Below are positions 21,625 to 31,571 of a stretch of 64,000 bases of DNA, piece by piece (within the stretch, counting starts at the first letter, position 1; each line of letters opens with the position of its first letter). A program made the translations under genes and the position numbers. The stretch is taken from positions 192,001 to 256,000 of the forward strand of contig CAWCYI010000004.1 in assembly GCA_963799845.1 (NCBI GenBank), given 5' to 3'. The notes below the pieces were generated by a model. That model was not told where the DNA came from. It worked only from the letters and a program-made list of their open reading frames with translations, and ran no database searches. Source of the stretch: an uncultured Nitrososphaerota archaeon (GTDB lineage Archaea > Thermoproteota > Nitrososphaeria > Nitrososphaerales > CADDZS01).

Positions 21625-21678
21625 TAGTTCTGTGTCTCTAATATTGATGTTAACCAATTTTTGATCTCACCTTGCATT

Positions 21679-23529
21679 TCATACTTCAATCTCAAACAAT
21701 CTTGAACTATCTATTCCAAAAATGTCTACAATTTTTAGAACGATGGCGTAGCGTCCACTTTTCTTATAGTCATATTCGCCAGATTTGAGACTCAACTTAG
21801 GTCTTCCGGGTGTTCGGTAGCAGGACCACAGATTCATGAATGTATCCTTCTTAAAATCGTAATCGACAGCCCAATAGTCGATCAAGTCAGACCAGTGTTT
21901 TATCTTCACATTTTGACTTACCAGTTCAGTGTTTGGTATCGCGAAGTCCAATAATTCGATATGAATCGTTCTATTCCGTACATTTGTCTTTGCTTTTATG
22001 TAAGCTAGGTCGTAGAAATTAATGTCTTCTTTTTTTGGTATATCTGCTTGGATCAATTCGTTAGGAATGACAAGAAGTCTAAGCTTAATTCCTTGCTTTC
22101 TTGCTTCAATTTTCACCAGATCATCTAATCCCATTTCCCATTCCCAACCGAGAATGTGGAGTTCTGTTTGTTTAGCATCAAGACACTCGGACAGAGCTGA
22201 ATTGACTTCATCTATTGTGACCGGGGAGTCAACGGCGCCGACATGGACTAGAGCGCCGCTCTTTCTTCCGTGAATGAAACGAAATCCAGAAATCGGCTGC
22301 GCTTTGTATAATTTCAAAATGAAAGCAAGATACTGGTAAAGCACGGTTCGATTATCTTTTGATGAAAAATTCGTACTTTGCCAAATCTGGCGTTCATATC
22401 TTCCAAGGTTCAATATTTCAAAGGGTTTACAATCCTCGATTTCCAGAAGACGTTTTCTCGTCGTATGAATTGCAAAACGACTTATATCACAACCAATCCA
22501 CCTTCTGCCTAGTTTTTCGGCAACCGCTAAAGTAGTTCCGGAGCCGGAGAAAAAATCAGCAACTATCGAGTTCTCATTTGATGCAGCCTTTATCAGTACA
22601 TTCAACAAAGCTTCGGGTTTCTGTGTAGGATAATTCAGTCTCTCTCCTGATGTAGAAGCCATAACAGGTACATCAATAACATCGTTGGCTCGTTTTCCTT
22701 CGTCCCTTGGGTAGGTTTTGCCATAGTATACTGTTCCATCGGTTCTCCTTCTTTTTATCAGAGCATATTTCTCGCCTTTTTCATCGACTTTATTATATCG
22801 CTTCATATCAGTGTCTTTGTAGTCGACAAACACATCATTCCAAATGAAGTTCTGTCCTTTGGAATACCAGAAAATATTTTCATGCGCACGCTGAAATCCC
22901 TTTTTGGTCTCTGTTCCTCTAAATCCTTTATTCCAAATAATCTCATCCAAGAAATGTTCTTTTCCAAAAATCTCGTCTAAAATTACCTTCACGTAGTGGC
23001 CGACATGGTGATCCAAGTGAACAAAAATACTACCGTTTTCCGTGAGAAATTCCCGCATTAAGGACAGTCTGTCATACATCATCTGCATATAGGAGGAAAG
23101 TCCGTTTCCCCAAGTATCGTTGTAGACTTTTAGTTCAATTGCAGAAGGACTTTTTGTTACATTCTCCTCGCCTATCCCTGTTCGAAAAGAAAAATCCGCA
23201 CCAGTTGCAAATGGCGGATCTATGTAAATTAGATCTATCTTTCCAGCATAATTCTCAAGAAGAGATGAAATGATGTACTTGTTTTCTCCCCAAATTAACT
23301 TGTTTTTCCATCCGGTTTCAAAGGATTGTCCTTGATCGCCTGTCCAAACGTCGAAAAGAGAGTGTTGGATTCCAGAACTCTTTCTTGATTCGCGATTAAC
23401 CGTGCTTTCGTTAATGGTCTCAATAATTTGTAAAGGAAGGTTAACTCGTTTGATTTCATGCAGCTTTCCAGGTTCAACAAACTTATCTGACCATACCAGC
23501 TCAGTATTCCCAATTTCCAAGTTTGTCAA
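21679..23529 (-). CDS. mod: Type III R-M DNA methyltransferase (Mod), copy B
   Basis: IYIDPPF, YPTQKPE and DFFSGSGTT; paralogous to copy A with a different central segment. Confidence 0.9.
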   Translation of the reverse strand: MTNLEIGNTELVWSDKFVEPGKLHEIKRVNLPLQIIETINESTVNRESRKSSGIQHSLFDVWTGDQGQSFETGWKNKLIWGENKYIISSLLENYAGKIDLIYIDPPFATGADFSFRTGIGEENVTKSPSAIELKVYNDTWGNGLSSYMQMMYDRLSLMREFLTENGSIFVHLDHHVGHYVKVILDEIFGKEHFLDEIIWNKGFRGTETKKGFQRAHENIFWYSKGQNFIWNDVFVDYKDTDMKRYNKVDEKGEKYALIKRRRTDGTVYYGKTYPRDEGKRANDVIDVPVMASTSGERLNYPTQKPEALLNVLIKAASNENSIVADFFSGSGTTLAVAEKLGRRWIGCDISRFAIHTTRKRLLEIEDCKPFEILNLGRYERQIWQSTNFSSKDNRTVLYQYLAFILKLYKAQPISGFRFIHGRKSGALVHVGAVDSPVTIDEVNSALSECLDAKQTELHILGWEWEMGLDDLVKIEARKQGIKLRLLVIPNELIQADIPKKEDINFYDLAYIKAKTNVRNRTIHIELLDFAIPNTELVSQNVKIKHWSDLIDYWAVDYDFKKDTFMNLWSCYRTPGRPKLSLKSGEYDYKKSGRYAIVLKIVDIFGIDSSRLFEIEV

Positions 23530-23530
23530 A

Positions 23531-26469
23531 CTAGTTTATTCTCTTCATCGTTCGCTTCTTGCGCCTAACAAAGCGGTATTTAATTGTGTTTTGTGAAACA
23601 CAATACATTCTGAAGTCACACTCCTTGCAAATATTTGACGCTGGAGGATTCTTTACCTGAAAATCGTTCTTCTGGATCTCACCCACAATGTTGTCAAAGT
23701 GATGACCGGCTGAAAGCACGGTATTGGGATCCACAGGAAATTCCATTAACGCATTTTGCTTGTCCTTTTCAGCTGTCCAGTAAATGTATAGTCTGTCCGG
23801 ATGTTTACCATAACGCTCTTTCAGAATATGGGCGTAGAGACAAAGTTGGTTATGATAACGCGCAATTATCGGATCGTCTTTCGGTGGTCTTCGTTGCGTT
23901 TTGAAATCTAGTATCTCTAACTTTCCATCTTCACCTCTGAGGAGATCGATTTTTCCGGTAAGAATGTAGTCGGCTTTTCAACGGATACGTCCACTTCTGT
24001 TTCAATTACCCGATGAAGTTCCTTCTTATTCTGGTGGAAGTAATTCAAAACATGCTGCAGAGCGGTCTCTCGTCTTTGTTCTGCGAGAGGTCTCATCCCA
24101 GCGGAGACAAGACTTTGGTAATTTATCGCAAACCATTGATTCTCTATGATTTCATCTGTGATTTGATCTAATTTGCCGTCTATGACTCGTTTATGAATGT
24201 CTTCGATAGTTTGATGGACTAAGATACCGAAAGTCATCGTTGCAGATCTTGACGGAGAAAACTCGTATTCCTGATAGTATTGGTATTGACGGGGACAGAC
24301 TTCGAAAACGTTAATGTGTGAAGTCAGACTGTAGGATTTCTTTGGGGCAAACGGTTTCTTTGGAGCGAATCTCAGAGATTGCAAGACCTGCGTTTCAACG
24401 TAAGGCCATTGGTCCAATCCCTCCCAGATTGGATCGAACAGCTGGTTTGGCTCAGCAGTGCTAGTCAGGACGAGTAACTTTTCAGCTCGCGAGAAAGCGA
24501 CGTAATATTGTCTCATGAAATCGAATGTTGAAATTCTATCGTCCGGCTCGAAAGGAGTGCGACGATAAAAGGATGCTAGATCTCTATCGACCTGTCTTTG
24601 GGTTCGACGAGTCTTATCGAGTGATCCAACCGCCACCGCAGTGAATTCCAATCCTTTCGATTGATGGATCGTCATTACTTGCACGTATCCTCTTGGGATT
24701 GGATTGTAGGGGTCCTCATACTCATCAATTCCGCTGTCGATCAGTAATTTGAAGAAACTAGAAAACAGCTTCTTGTTAATCCAATCTTTGTTTCGCTCCG
24801 TTACTAGGTTAATGTGATAGTAATTTTGGAACTCCGTCAGAAGTGTAGAGAAAGTAGATAAATTTCTCACCCTGTTTTCATTCTTTAAGAACGAGGCAAA
24901 AGGCTCGAAGGACATCAGATCATAAAAATAATCAACCAACGTCATGTCCAGGGTCTCACCTTTTTGTAGATTAGTGATGTCAGCGACTCTTTCTCGAATG
25001 TACCTAGCCAGTTTTGGATTTGTATCGATATACGGCCCCAATGATGAAATACATCGATTGCTAAACTGAGCTAGCGCATCGAAATTGGTTCCTATTAACT
25101 CAGGAATCTCGTTATGGAATCCAAAGATAACCGCGTAACAAGCAATAATCAGTTGAACTTCGTCATTTTCAAAATAGGCTCTTGCTCTGGGGCAGAAATA
25201 TGGGATCCCGAATTTCTCGAGTTGATCCAAGTAATGACCACTGTGTTCCAATCGTACACTGTGTAGCAAAAGAGCAACCTGACTATAATCTTCTATTATG
25301 GAATTATCCTTGAGATACTTCACCATTCTTGCAAAACGCTGTGCCTCATCATCTTGGTTTTCTCCCCAGATACAAAACACTGAAGGATACTCTGGAAAAC
25401 TGCCATTTGGATCCGGCACTATTTGTTTTGGAAACCGAAAATTTGGAGGACCGCGTGGATTAGTCCAATCGACGGAATTCATGAAGTAATTGTATCTATC
25501 AATGATCTTCGAATGTGAACGATAATTTATGTCAAGAGTTATTCTCGAACATTCAGGGAAGTGAGTCTGGAATTCGAGGATGTTTCTGACCGTTGCCCCT
25601 CGGAAGCGGTAAAGCGATTGATCCTCGTCACCCACAATGCAGATATTATTTTCTGGTTCTACTAATGCGAAGAGAATTTGTTCTTGGATGTAATTAGTGT
25701 CTTGATATTCATCCACCATTATGAATTTGATATGTTGTCTTATTCTCTTCTTTATCTCATCGCGGCTCACGAGTTGAAAGAAGATTTTTTGCAAATGAGC
25801 AAAATCTACTTTGTTGAGCTGGAACAGTTGTGATTCATAGTTTTCATAGGCAGTTCCAAGACGTGACAGGAATTCGTTCGGCGAATTGCGTAGTTTAGTA
25901 ACGTCGATTAATTCTTCGGTTATCTTGTCGAAGTATGGAAGTAGCCCTCTGATTGTTGTCCATTTGTACTTCCACTTTCCAAAATACTCCTCCGAGATCT
26001 TCATTGATTCTGGAATAGTTTCATCAAATCGGTCGTTGAGAAAGAGTTCTTGAGTGAGATCATCGAGAGTTTCGTAGTTCTTTTTCAGTGGAGAGTACTC
26101 AATGAACCTACGAATGTATTCGTCGCAAATTGAGTGTAATGTTCCTACCTTCATTTCATAAAGAGGTCCTTTGTAGTCGAAGATCTTAGCAGACTGATAC
26201 AACCTGTCTCTTAGCTCAAATGCGGCCTTCTCTGTGAAAGTCGTAACTACGATCTCCGCAGGTTGAGCTCTTCCTGTAAGAAGGAGAAAAAACGCTCTCA
26301 ATACGAGAACGAGAGTCTTCCCAGAACCCGGTCCGGCAATTATCTGTACAGGTCCATTTACTGTTTGAATCGCTTGAAGTTGACCCTCATTAAGACTCGA
26401 GAAATGCTCCTTGATAATCCGGATGGCTTGCTCATCACTGAGAAAAGGAGCACTTTCCGAGAGTTGCAT
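23531..26469 (-). CDS. UvrD/PcrA-like SF1 helicase fused to a PD-(D/E)xK nuclease (frameshift near 23960)
   Basis: AGPGSGKT, VDEYQD, GDEDQSLYRFRGA, TIHQSKGLEF and YVAFSRA; CPRQY, then out-of-frame GKID...LDFK, and C..CDFRMYC in ORF 23531-23746. Confidence 0.85.
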
Positions 26470-26674
26470 TTTGTCGCGATCTTACTAAAAGAAGTTAATT
26501 ATATGTTTGACACATTTCCAGATGTTTGGTATTACGCACGGAACGAATTGGGAAGAAATTGGATAAAGAAGCATGGAAATTCTTTAGGCGTAAATAAGCC
26601 GAAACATCTGTCCAAATCCATGATCGTCGAAAAACAGCATAGATTTAAGCGCTAACGAAGGTTTTATCCATTAT

Positions 26675-27880
26675 ATGCAAATTGTCAAACAACAGAGAGA
26701 CTTTTGGGAATCTTTTGGCATTTCACTAGATGATATATACGAACAATACTCCAAGAAAAAGGGAAAAATAAGTAACACTCTTGCCAACAAATTAGAATCC
26801 CAGTCTAAAGATTGGTCTGAGATAGTTACGCAGACTTATGGTGTCAAAGGAGATAACCTCAAAGGGATTGTAGCGTCTCTCTATAAAAAATCAAAGTCTG
26901 ACTTCATTGATTTGTTCGCTCTTTCGAAGTTCGCTCATGCGAAAATCAATCCGACCATAATCTATGATTTTGCTGATAAGAATCTAAAGGGAAAATTACA
27001 TGAACGAGCTGCAAATAAAACCGTTGATTCAGCTCCAATTTTGTTGCCGTTGTGGAAACAAAATCCAAAAATCCTTGAAAATATTTTCTACGAATTTCTC
27101 ATCCAACGTTCGAGTGTTAGAAAGTTCGAAAATGAGAAACCAATAGATCACAAAATTAGTATTAAAAATCTAACTTTTGAGACAATAAGCTCCTATCTGC
27201 AAGAATACGAAAACAGTAGGAAAGTAAATTCTCGGCGTGAGATAAAACTATGGTGGTTTGCGAAGGATTCTAATCGAATCAAGTTGATGTTTCGAAGAGA
27301 AAAGGGTGCACGATCATCACTGAAATTAGTGGAAAGAAATGCCTTTTTGAAAACCGGCGATGAAAAGATCCTAGTCCTGAGCGAGGATGGTAAGTCTCTG
27401 CAAATAGTTACGCGTCGTGAACCAAAAAGTACTTTGAAAATTGCCATATTCGTTGTCGAAAAGTTGACTGGAAGTAAGCCAGATTTCGTTGAGATGCCCC
27501 ACAATTACGAGGTTGAAAAGGTCCAATCTTTTTTCGATAATTTTAGAAAAAATAAGATAAAAGGCTCGGCCTTACTTTCGGTTAGAGTAAGAAATACTCC
27601 TCTCCCCGAATCGCCAATTGTAGAGGTTCTTGCCTCTAGTAGCATTTCGGATCAGGGAATTCTGCCCGCCCTCGAAGAACTTGAAACTAATAGAAAGACA
27701 CCTTTAATCAATGGTGTCTCTGACCTGATTAGCTTTCAATTGAAATTGGGAGACAGAGTCTACACCGTCAAGACTCTGTTACAAGGAAAAACTGTAAAAT
27801 TTGCGACAGATAATCGTTACCTGAGGGAAAGTGAAAAAGAAAAAGTCTGGTCATATTTTGACAAGGAGTTAGCCTTGTGA
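26675..27880 (+). CDS. Hypothetical protein, first gene of a two-gene module
   Basis: 401-aa Lys-rich ORF, GTGA overlap with the next gene. Confidence 0.75.
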   Translation: MQIVKQQRDFWESFGISLDDIYEQYSKKKGKISNTLANKLESQSKDWSEIVTQTYGVKGDNLKGIVASLYKKSKSDFIDLFALSKFAHAKINPTIIYDFADKNLKGKLHERAANKTVDSAPILLPLWKQNPKILENIFYEFLIQRSSVRKFENEKPIDHKISIKNLTFETISSYLQEYENSRKVNSRREIKLWWFAKDSNRIKLMFRREKGARSSLKLVERNAFLKTGDEKILVLSEDGKSLQIVTRREPKSTLKIAIFVVEKLTGSKPDFVEMPHNYEVEKVQSFFDNFRKNKIKGSALLSVRVRNTPLPESPIVEVLASSSISDQGILPALEELETNRKTPLINGVSDLISFQLKLGDRVYTVKTLLQGKTVKFATDNRYLRESEKEKVWSYFDKELAL

Positions 27881-28998
27881 TATACGCCAAAGTTCCCATT
27901 CGCAAGGGGTTCGGAGTGCAGATAGATGAGAAATCACGCTACGAATCGTTAAAGAAACTCGAAGAATTAGGAATCGTTACACTCGGGGAAAGCACTTGGC
28001 AACCATGCAGTAACAAATCGTGTCCGAATTCAATTCGAGTAGACGATCTGTTCCGATCAGAACGTTGGACAGTATGTAACTCGTGTGGAAAGACCGTGGG
28101 GCTAACACACGATCTAACTAAAAAGTGGGAGATTAGCAAAGTAAACTTCGGTGGTATTGTCGATTTCTCGAAGAGTCTGGTTCAAGAAACTTTTCCGCAT
28201 GACGCAGTGAAATTTGACAAATCTTTGAATGCGTGGACAGTCACACAGAACGGAAAAATTGTACCTGTGTTCATTTCTCAAATTTCGTCCTATAACAAAT
28301 TCATGGATTACAAGTTTGACTCGGCATGGATATCCATTCTCTTAGATTGGGATATTGAGAGTAGCGCGCTGACCTATTACGATCAAGTCCATTTTCTCGA
28401 TTTTTGGGATTTAGTCAATAAGAAAGTCGGCTTGAAACAAATTGTCAAGGACATAGCTTCATCTTATGAAACAAATCCTTCGTTTGCAATTGAATCCAGA
28501 TTCATTACTTTCTTAAATTCGGTCAAGCCTGGTGAATTCGAAAAAGATTTCATAGATACATTTTTCGATCAAGTCAAACGTAACGAAAATATGTTGAGAG
28601 AGTTTCTTGGATTCCTCTCTCGAAGAAAGGAAACCATCCTCAACTCAAAAATCGTATCGGTTGGTGGCGCGGCAAATCCGGACTTTTACTCATTTGACCT
28701 CCTGGAATATTTGCAAGATGGATTCAAACCAAATAAAGTAGGGGAAGCAAAGAGATACAATCTTTCAGAATTTACCTACGATGATTTTTCGATACAATTC
28801 ACTCATGCCGATGGAGCGGATACATTATCCGTTGTGTCAACCAACGAGGTTAGTCCTTCGGTTTGGAGATTTGTTTGGGATCACAGCGATAACGGTAAGC
28901 GCTTTCATCACGTTGTTTTCGACCGTGATCTCATCATTATGCTAATGAATGTTCTTGGCATCGCGGATCAATGTTTTGCAACAACAAAAGTACTCTGA
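27877..28998 (+). CDS. Putative restriction-endonuclease-fold protein with N-terminal Zn finger
   Basis: CSNKSC...CNSC; EFE...GGAANPDF...GEAKRY fits an Mrr-like PD-(D/E)xK motif. Confidence 0.55.
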   Translation: MIYAKVPIRKGFGVQIDEKSRYESLKKLEELGIVTLGESTWQPCSNKSCPNSIRVDDLFRSERWTVCNSCGKTVGLTHDLTKKWEISKVNFGGIVDFSKSLVQETFPHDAVKFDKSLNAWTVTQNGKIVPVFISQISSYNKFMDYKFDSAWISILLDWDIESSALTYYDQVHFLDFWDLVNKKVGLKQIVKDIASSYETNPSFAIESRFITFLNSVKPGEFEKDFIDTFFDQVKRNENMLREFLGFLSRRKETILNSKIVSVGGAANPDFYSFDLLEYLQDGFKPNKVGEAKRYNLSEFTYDDFSIQFTHADGADTLSVVSTNEVSPSVWRFVWDHSDNGKRFHHVVFDRDLIIMLMNVLGIADQCFATTKVL

Positions 28999-29272
28999 TA
29001 CTTTGCGCACAATGAGGAAGGATAATTGACACCTGCAGAATGAAGGAGCTATTAAATCGTAATTTCGCCAAGAATGTCCTGTACTACGAATAACGAAAAA
29101 GAAACCGGGGTGGATGACATTAAAGTACCTCACTCCAGACAATGGAATATTGTTGTACCAGGATCTCCAAAAACGTAGATCCCATTATACGGAATTCGAG
29201 ATTGATATTGTTCTTACTTAATCTTTCTTGTTTTGAACTTGTTTCGGGCTCCTAATGGTCAAGCGTCTATCG

Positions 29273-30253
29273 CTAATTCGGAGATGTTTGTGGGGATGTG
29301 GAGGGATTCTTTGAAGCCGTCACTTTTTCTCCGCAATAGGCTTTCAGGATAGTGAGGAGCTCCTGCAACATCGATGCTGTAATAATACGAGGGCTGAAAT
29401 CCCACATTCTAATGAAACCACTACCCCTCGAATCAAAATTGAAAATCTTGATCCATCCTGAAAGATATTTTGTGGAAAACTCCAACTCTGATTTCTTCTC
29501 TTCTTTCTCCAATTCTACTTCAAAATCACCGGCTTTCACAGAGGACGTACCCAAGAACTCGAAAAACCGTCGCAAGTGACCTTTTCGAACAAACGGCCTC
29601 ACTGAAGGTATTCCAATTCCTTCCACATGAGCGAGCTCAACAAAGTCTTGTCGATTAAGGATCTTATTGATAATTCTTGTTCTGTCCGATTCGATTTGCG
29701 AGGGGAATATTATAGGTCTGGAGCTCGCCCAAGGAGTTTTCAGTCCAAGTTTTGCACCTTGACTTGTTATTACTGACCTACTTGCAGCGATAATGGAAAC
29801 TGGAACGACTCCGAGAACTTCCAAGTAATGTATCGCGCCTTCTTTTGGATAGACAGCAACGAAACTACTGTTCTTTTGTTCTAGATGCCAATAAAATGGA
29901 ATATCCCCGATCCAAAGAACTGTCCCACCGTTATCAAGATATTGTCTGGCCAAGCAGTGAGACGACATATCATCAAAAACGCTCTGTGGAGCTCTATCTT
30001 GGGCGAAAACGACAATAGTCTTCTTTGCATCTCCTGAAGATATTTTGTCACGCATCCATTTTCCAAGATCAGAATTATTCTTTCTCTTGAATCCTCGCAT
30101 TTCAAAAAAGTTAGAAAGTCTCTCAGCATTTTCTAGAGTAATCCAGTTACCTCCAATCCAGTGCTTATCCGAGTCCAGGATCTCCTTATCGAAATAAACG
30201 ACGTTGAGATCACCTTCTACCGCAACATTGTGAGTCGCCACGTCGCTACTCAA
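29273..30253 (-). CDS. Hypothetical protein
   Basis: 326-aa ORF. Confidence 0.7.
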   Translation of the reverse strand: MSSDVATHNVAVEGDLNVVYFDKEILDSDKHWIGGNWITLENAERLSNFFEMRGFKRKNNSDLGKWMRDKISSGDAKKTIVVFAQDRAPQSVFDDMSSHCLARQYLDNGGTVLWIGDIPFYWHLEQKNSSFVAVYPKEGAIHYLEVLGVVPVSIIAASRSVITSQGAKLGLKTPWASSRPIIFPSQIESDRTRIINKILNRQDFVELAHVEGIGIPSVRPFVRKGHLRRFFEFLGTSSVKAGDFEVELEKEEKKSELEFSTKYLSGWIKIFNFDSRGSGFIRMWDFSPRIITASMLQELLTILKAYCGEKVTASKNPSTSPQTSPN

Positions 30254-30435
30254 TTTTTCCCTTCTCTTTTTCCAACCTGCTCAAGCAAGGACTGAAGAAG
30301 TGAAAAAATTGAAATTGCAAATTCTCGCTCCTGATCCAGAGTTCACAAGTAAGAATTACAATAGACTCCGGAAGAACCACCGTACTGTTGGAGCTGGTTC
30401 TGGTTTAGTATGCCTAAAGAGAGTCAAGAAAGCCC

Positions 30436-31566
30436 ATGAATTCAACTGATTTGAGTTCTCCTTTCCAGGACTTGCCAGAAGCACTAGTCAATGACATGCT
30501 ATCGTATCATAAAGCTATAGGACGACAACTATCTGGGTCATTCGAGAAAATTCAGCACTCAAGGACTGACATAAGGAATTCACTCGATTCCTTTGGTCTT
30601 TTGAAGCATGATAGCGAGATAATCACATCATACAAGAATCCGACAACATGTGGTATCGATGGTGCGTTTGCAATCGAGAGACTGCTCTCAACTGATATTG
30701 CCGCAATGGCTGGAATAGCCGTTGAAGGTCTGACGCCTCCCACAGAGAAAAGATATTGGCCAGCGCCGCGTCATCGATCTAAAATAATACCGTGCAATCA
30801 TAACGAGGCCACATCTTGGGTAGTTAGAGCAATTATGATGGCGATGGAATTGGAACTCGCGGTGGAAGCTCCCCATGATGTTGTGTTTCTTGACGGCTCG
30901 CTGGCGACACCTCTGATACATTTCAATCAGGCATTCAGCCGGATAAACGAGGCGACAAGTGATCTATCGGCTATCTTGTTAGATAGAATAGGAGGAGCAC
31001 TAGATGCCTATAAGAAAATCCTCTCTTCATCAAGAAGTGACAAAATCTTTGTCGGTGTTCCAAAGTACACTGCCAGGAACGAAATTGCAACAAAGCTTGG
31101 ACTTGCAGGACACGAGGACAGGTCGTTGCTCTCCTTCGTTCTCCATGGAGGCGAAATGATAGGACCCTGCGCTATGCTACAATCCTCGGACTCTTGGCAT
31201 TTTGTTAGATTGCCTGACAACCTGATTGAATTGGGACGTGAACTAGTTTCCATGGTTAAGAATCTGAATATAATATACTACAGGCCATACGAATACTTTC
31301 CAACCCTTCGCGTCGAAGTCGCCTCTTCGATATCCAGCAATCAAAGCCGACTATCAATTCTCCTCGAATCTCTAAAATTACAATGTGGCTCCCCGGCGAT
31401 TATGGAACCGTATCCTTTGTACATGGCAGATAGAATGGTTAAGCACCTGGGAACTGCTCTTCCTGCATTGCGCAGGGCAACCACGCAGGAAATAGCGGCT
31501 TCGAATGAAGACACGGGTAGTGTTTACCTCGCCATGCACGGTTACAGAACCGACTCTGGAGCGTAG
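30436..31566 (+). CDS. nurA: NurA-family nuclease
   Basis: CGIDG, VFLDGS, GVPK and EPYPLYMADRMVK motifs; adjacent to herA. Confidence 0.85.
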   Translation: MNSTDLSSPFQDLPEALVNDMLSYHKAIGRQLSGSFEKIQHSRTDIRNSLDSFGLLKHDSEIITSYKNPTTCGIDGAFAIERLLSTDIAAMAGIAVEGLTPPTEKRYWPAPRHRSKIIPCNHNEATSWVVRAIMMAMELELAVEAPHDVVFLDGSLATPLIHFNQAFSRINEATSDLSAILLDRIGGALDAYKKILSSSRSDKIFVGVPKYTARNEIATKLGLAGHEDRSLLSFVLHGGEMIGPCAMLQSSDSWHFVRLPDNLIELGRELVSMVKNLNIIYYRPYEYFPTLRVEVASSISSNQSRLSILLESLKLQCGSPAIMEPYPLYMADRMVKHLGTALPALRRATTQEIAASNEDTGSVYLAMHGYRTDSGA

Positions 31567-31571
31567 CCGCT

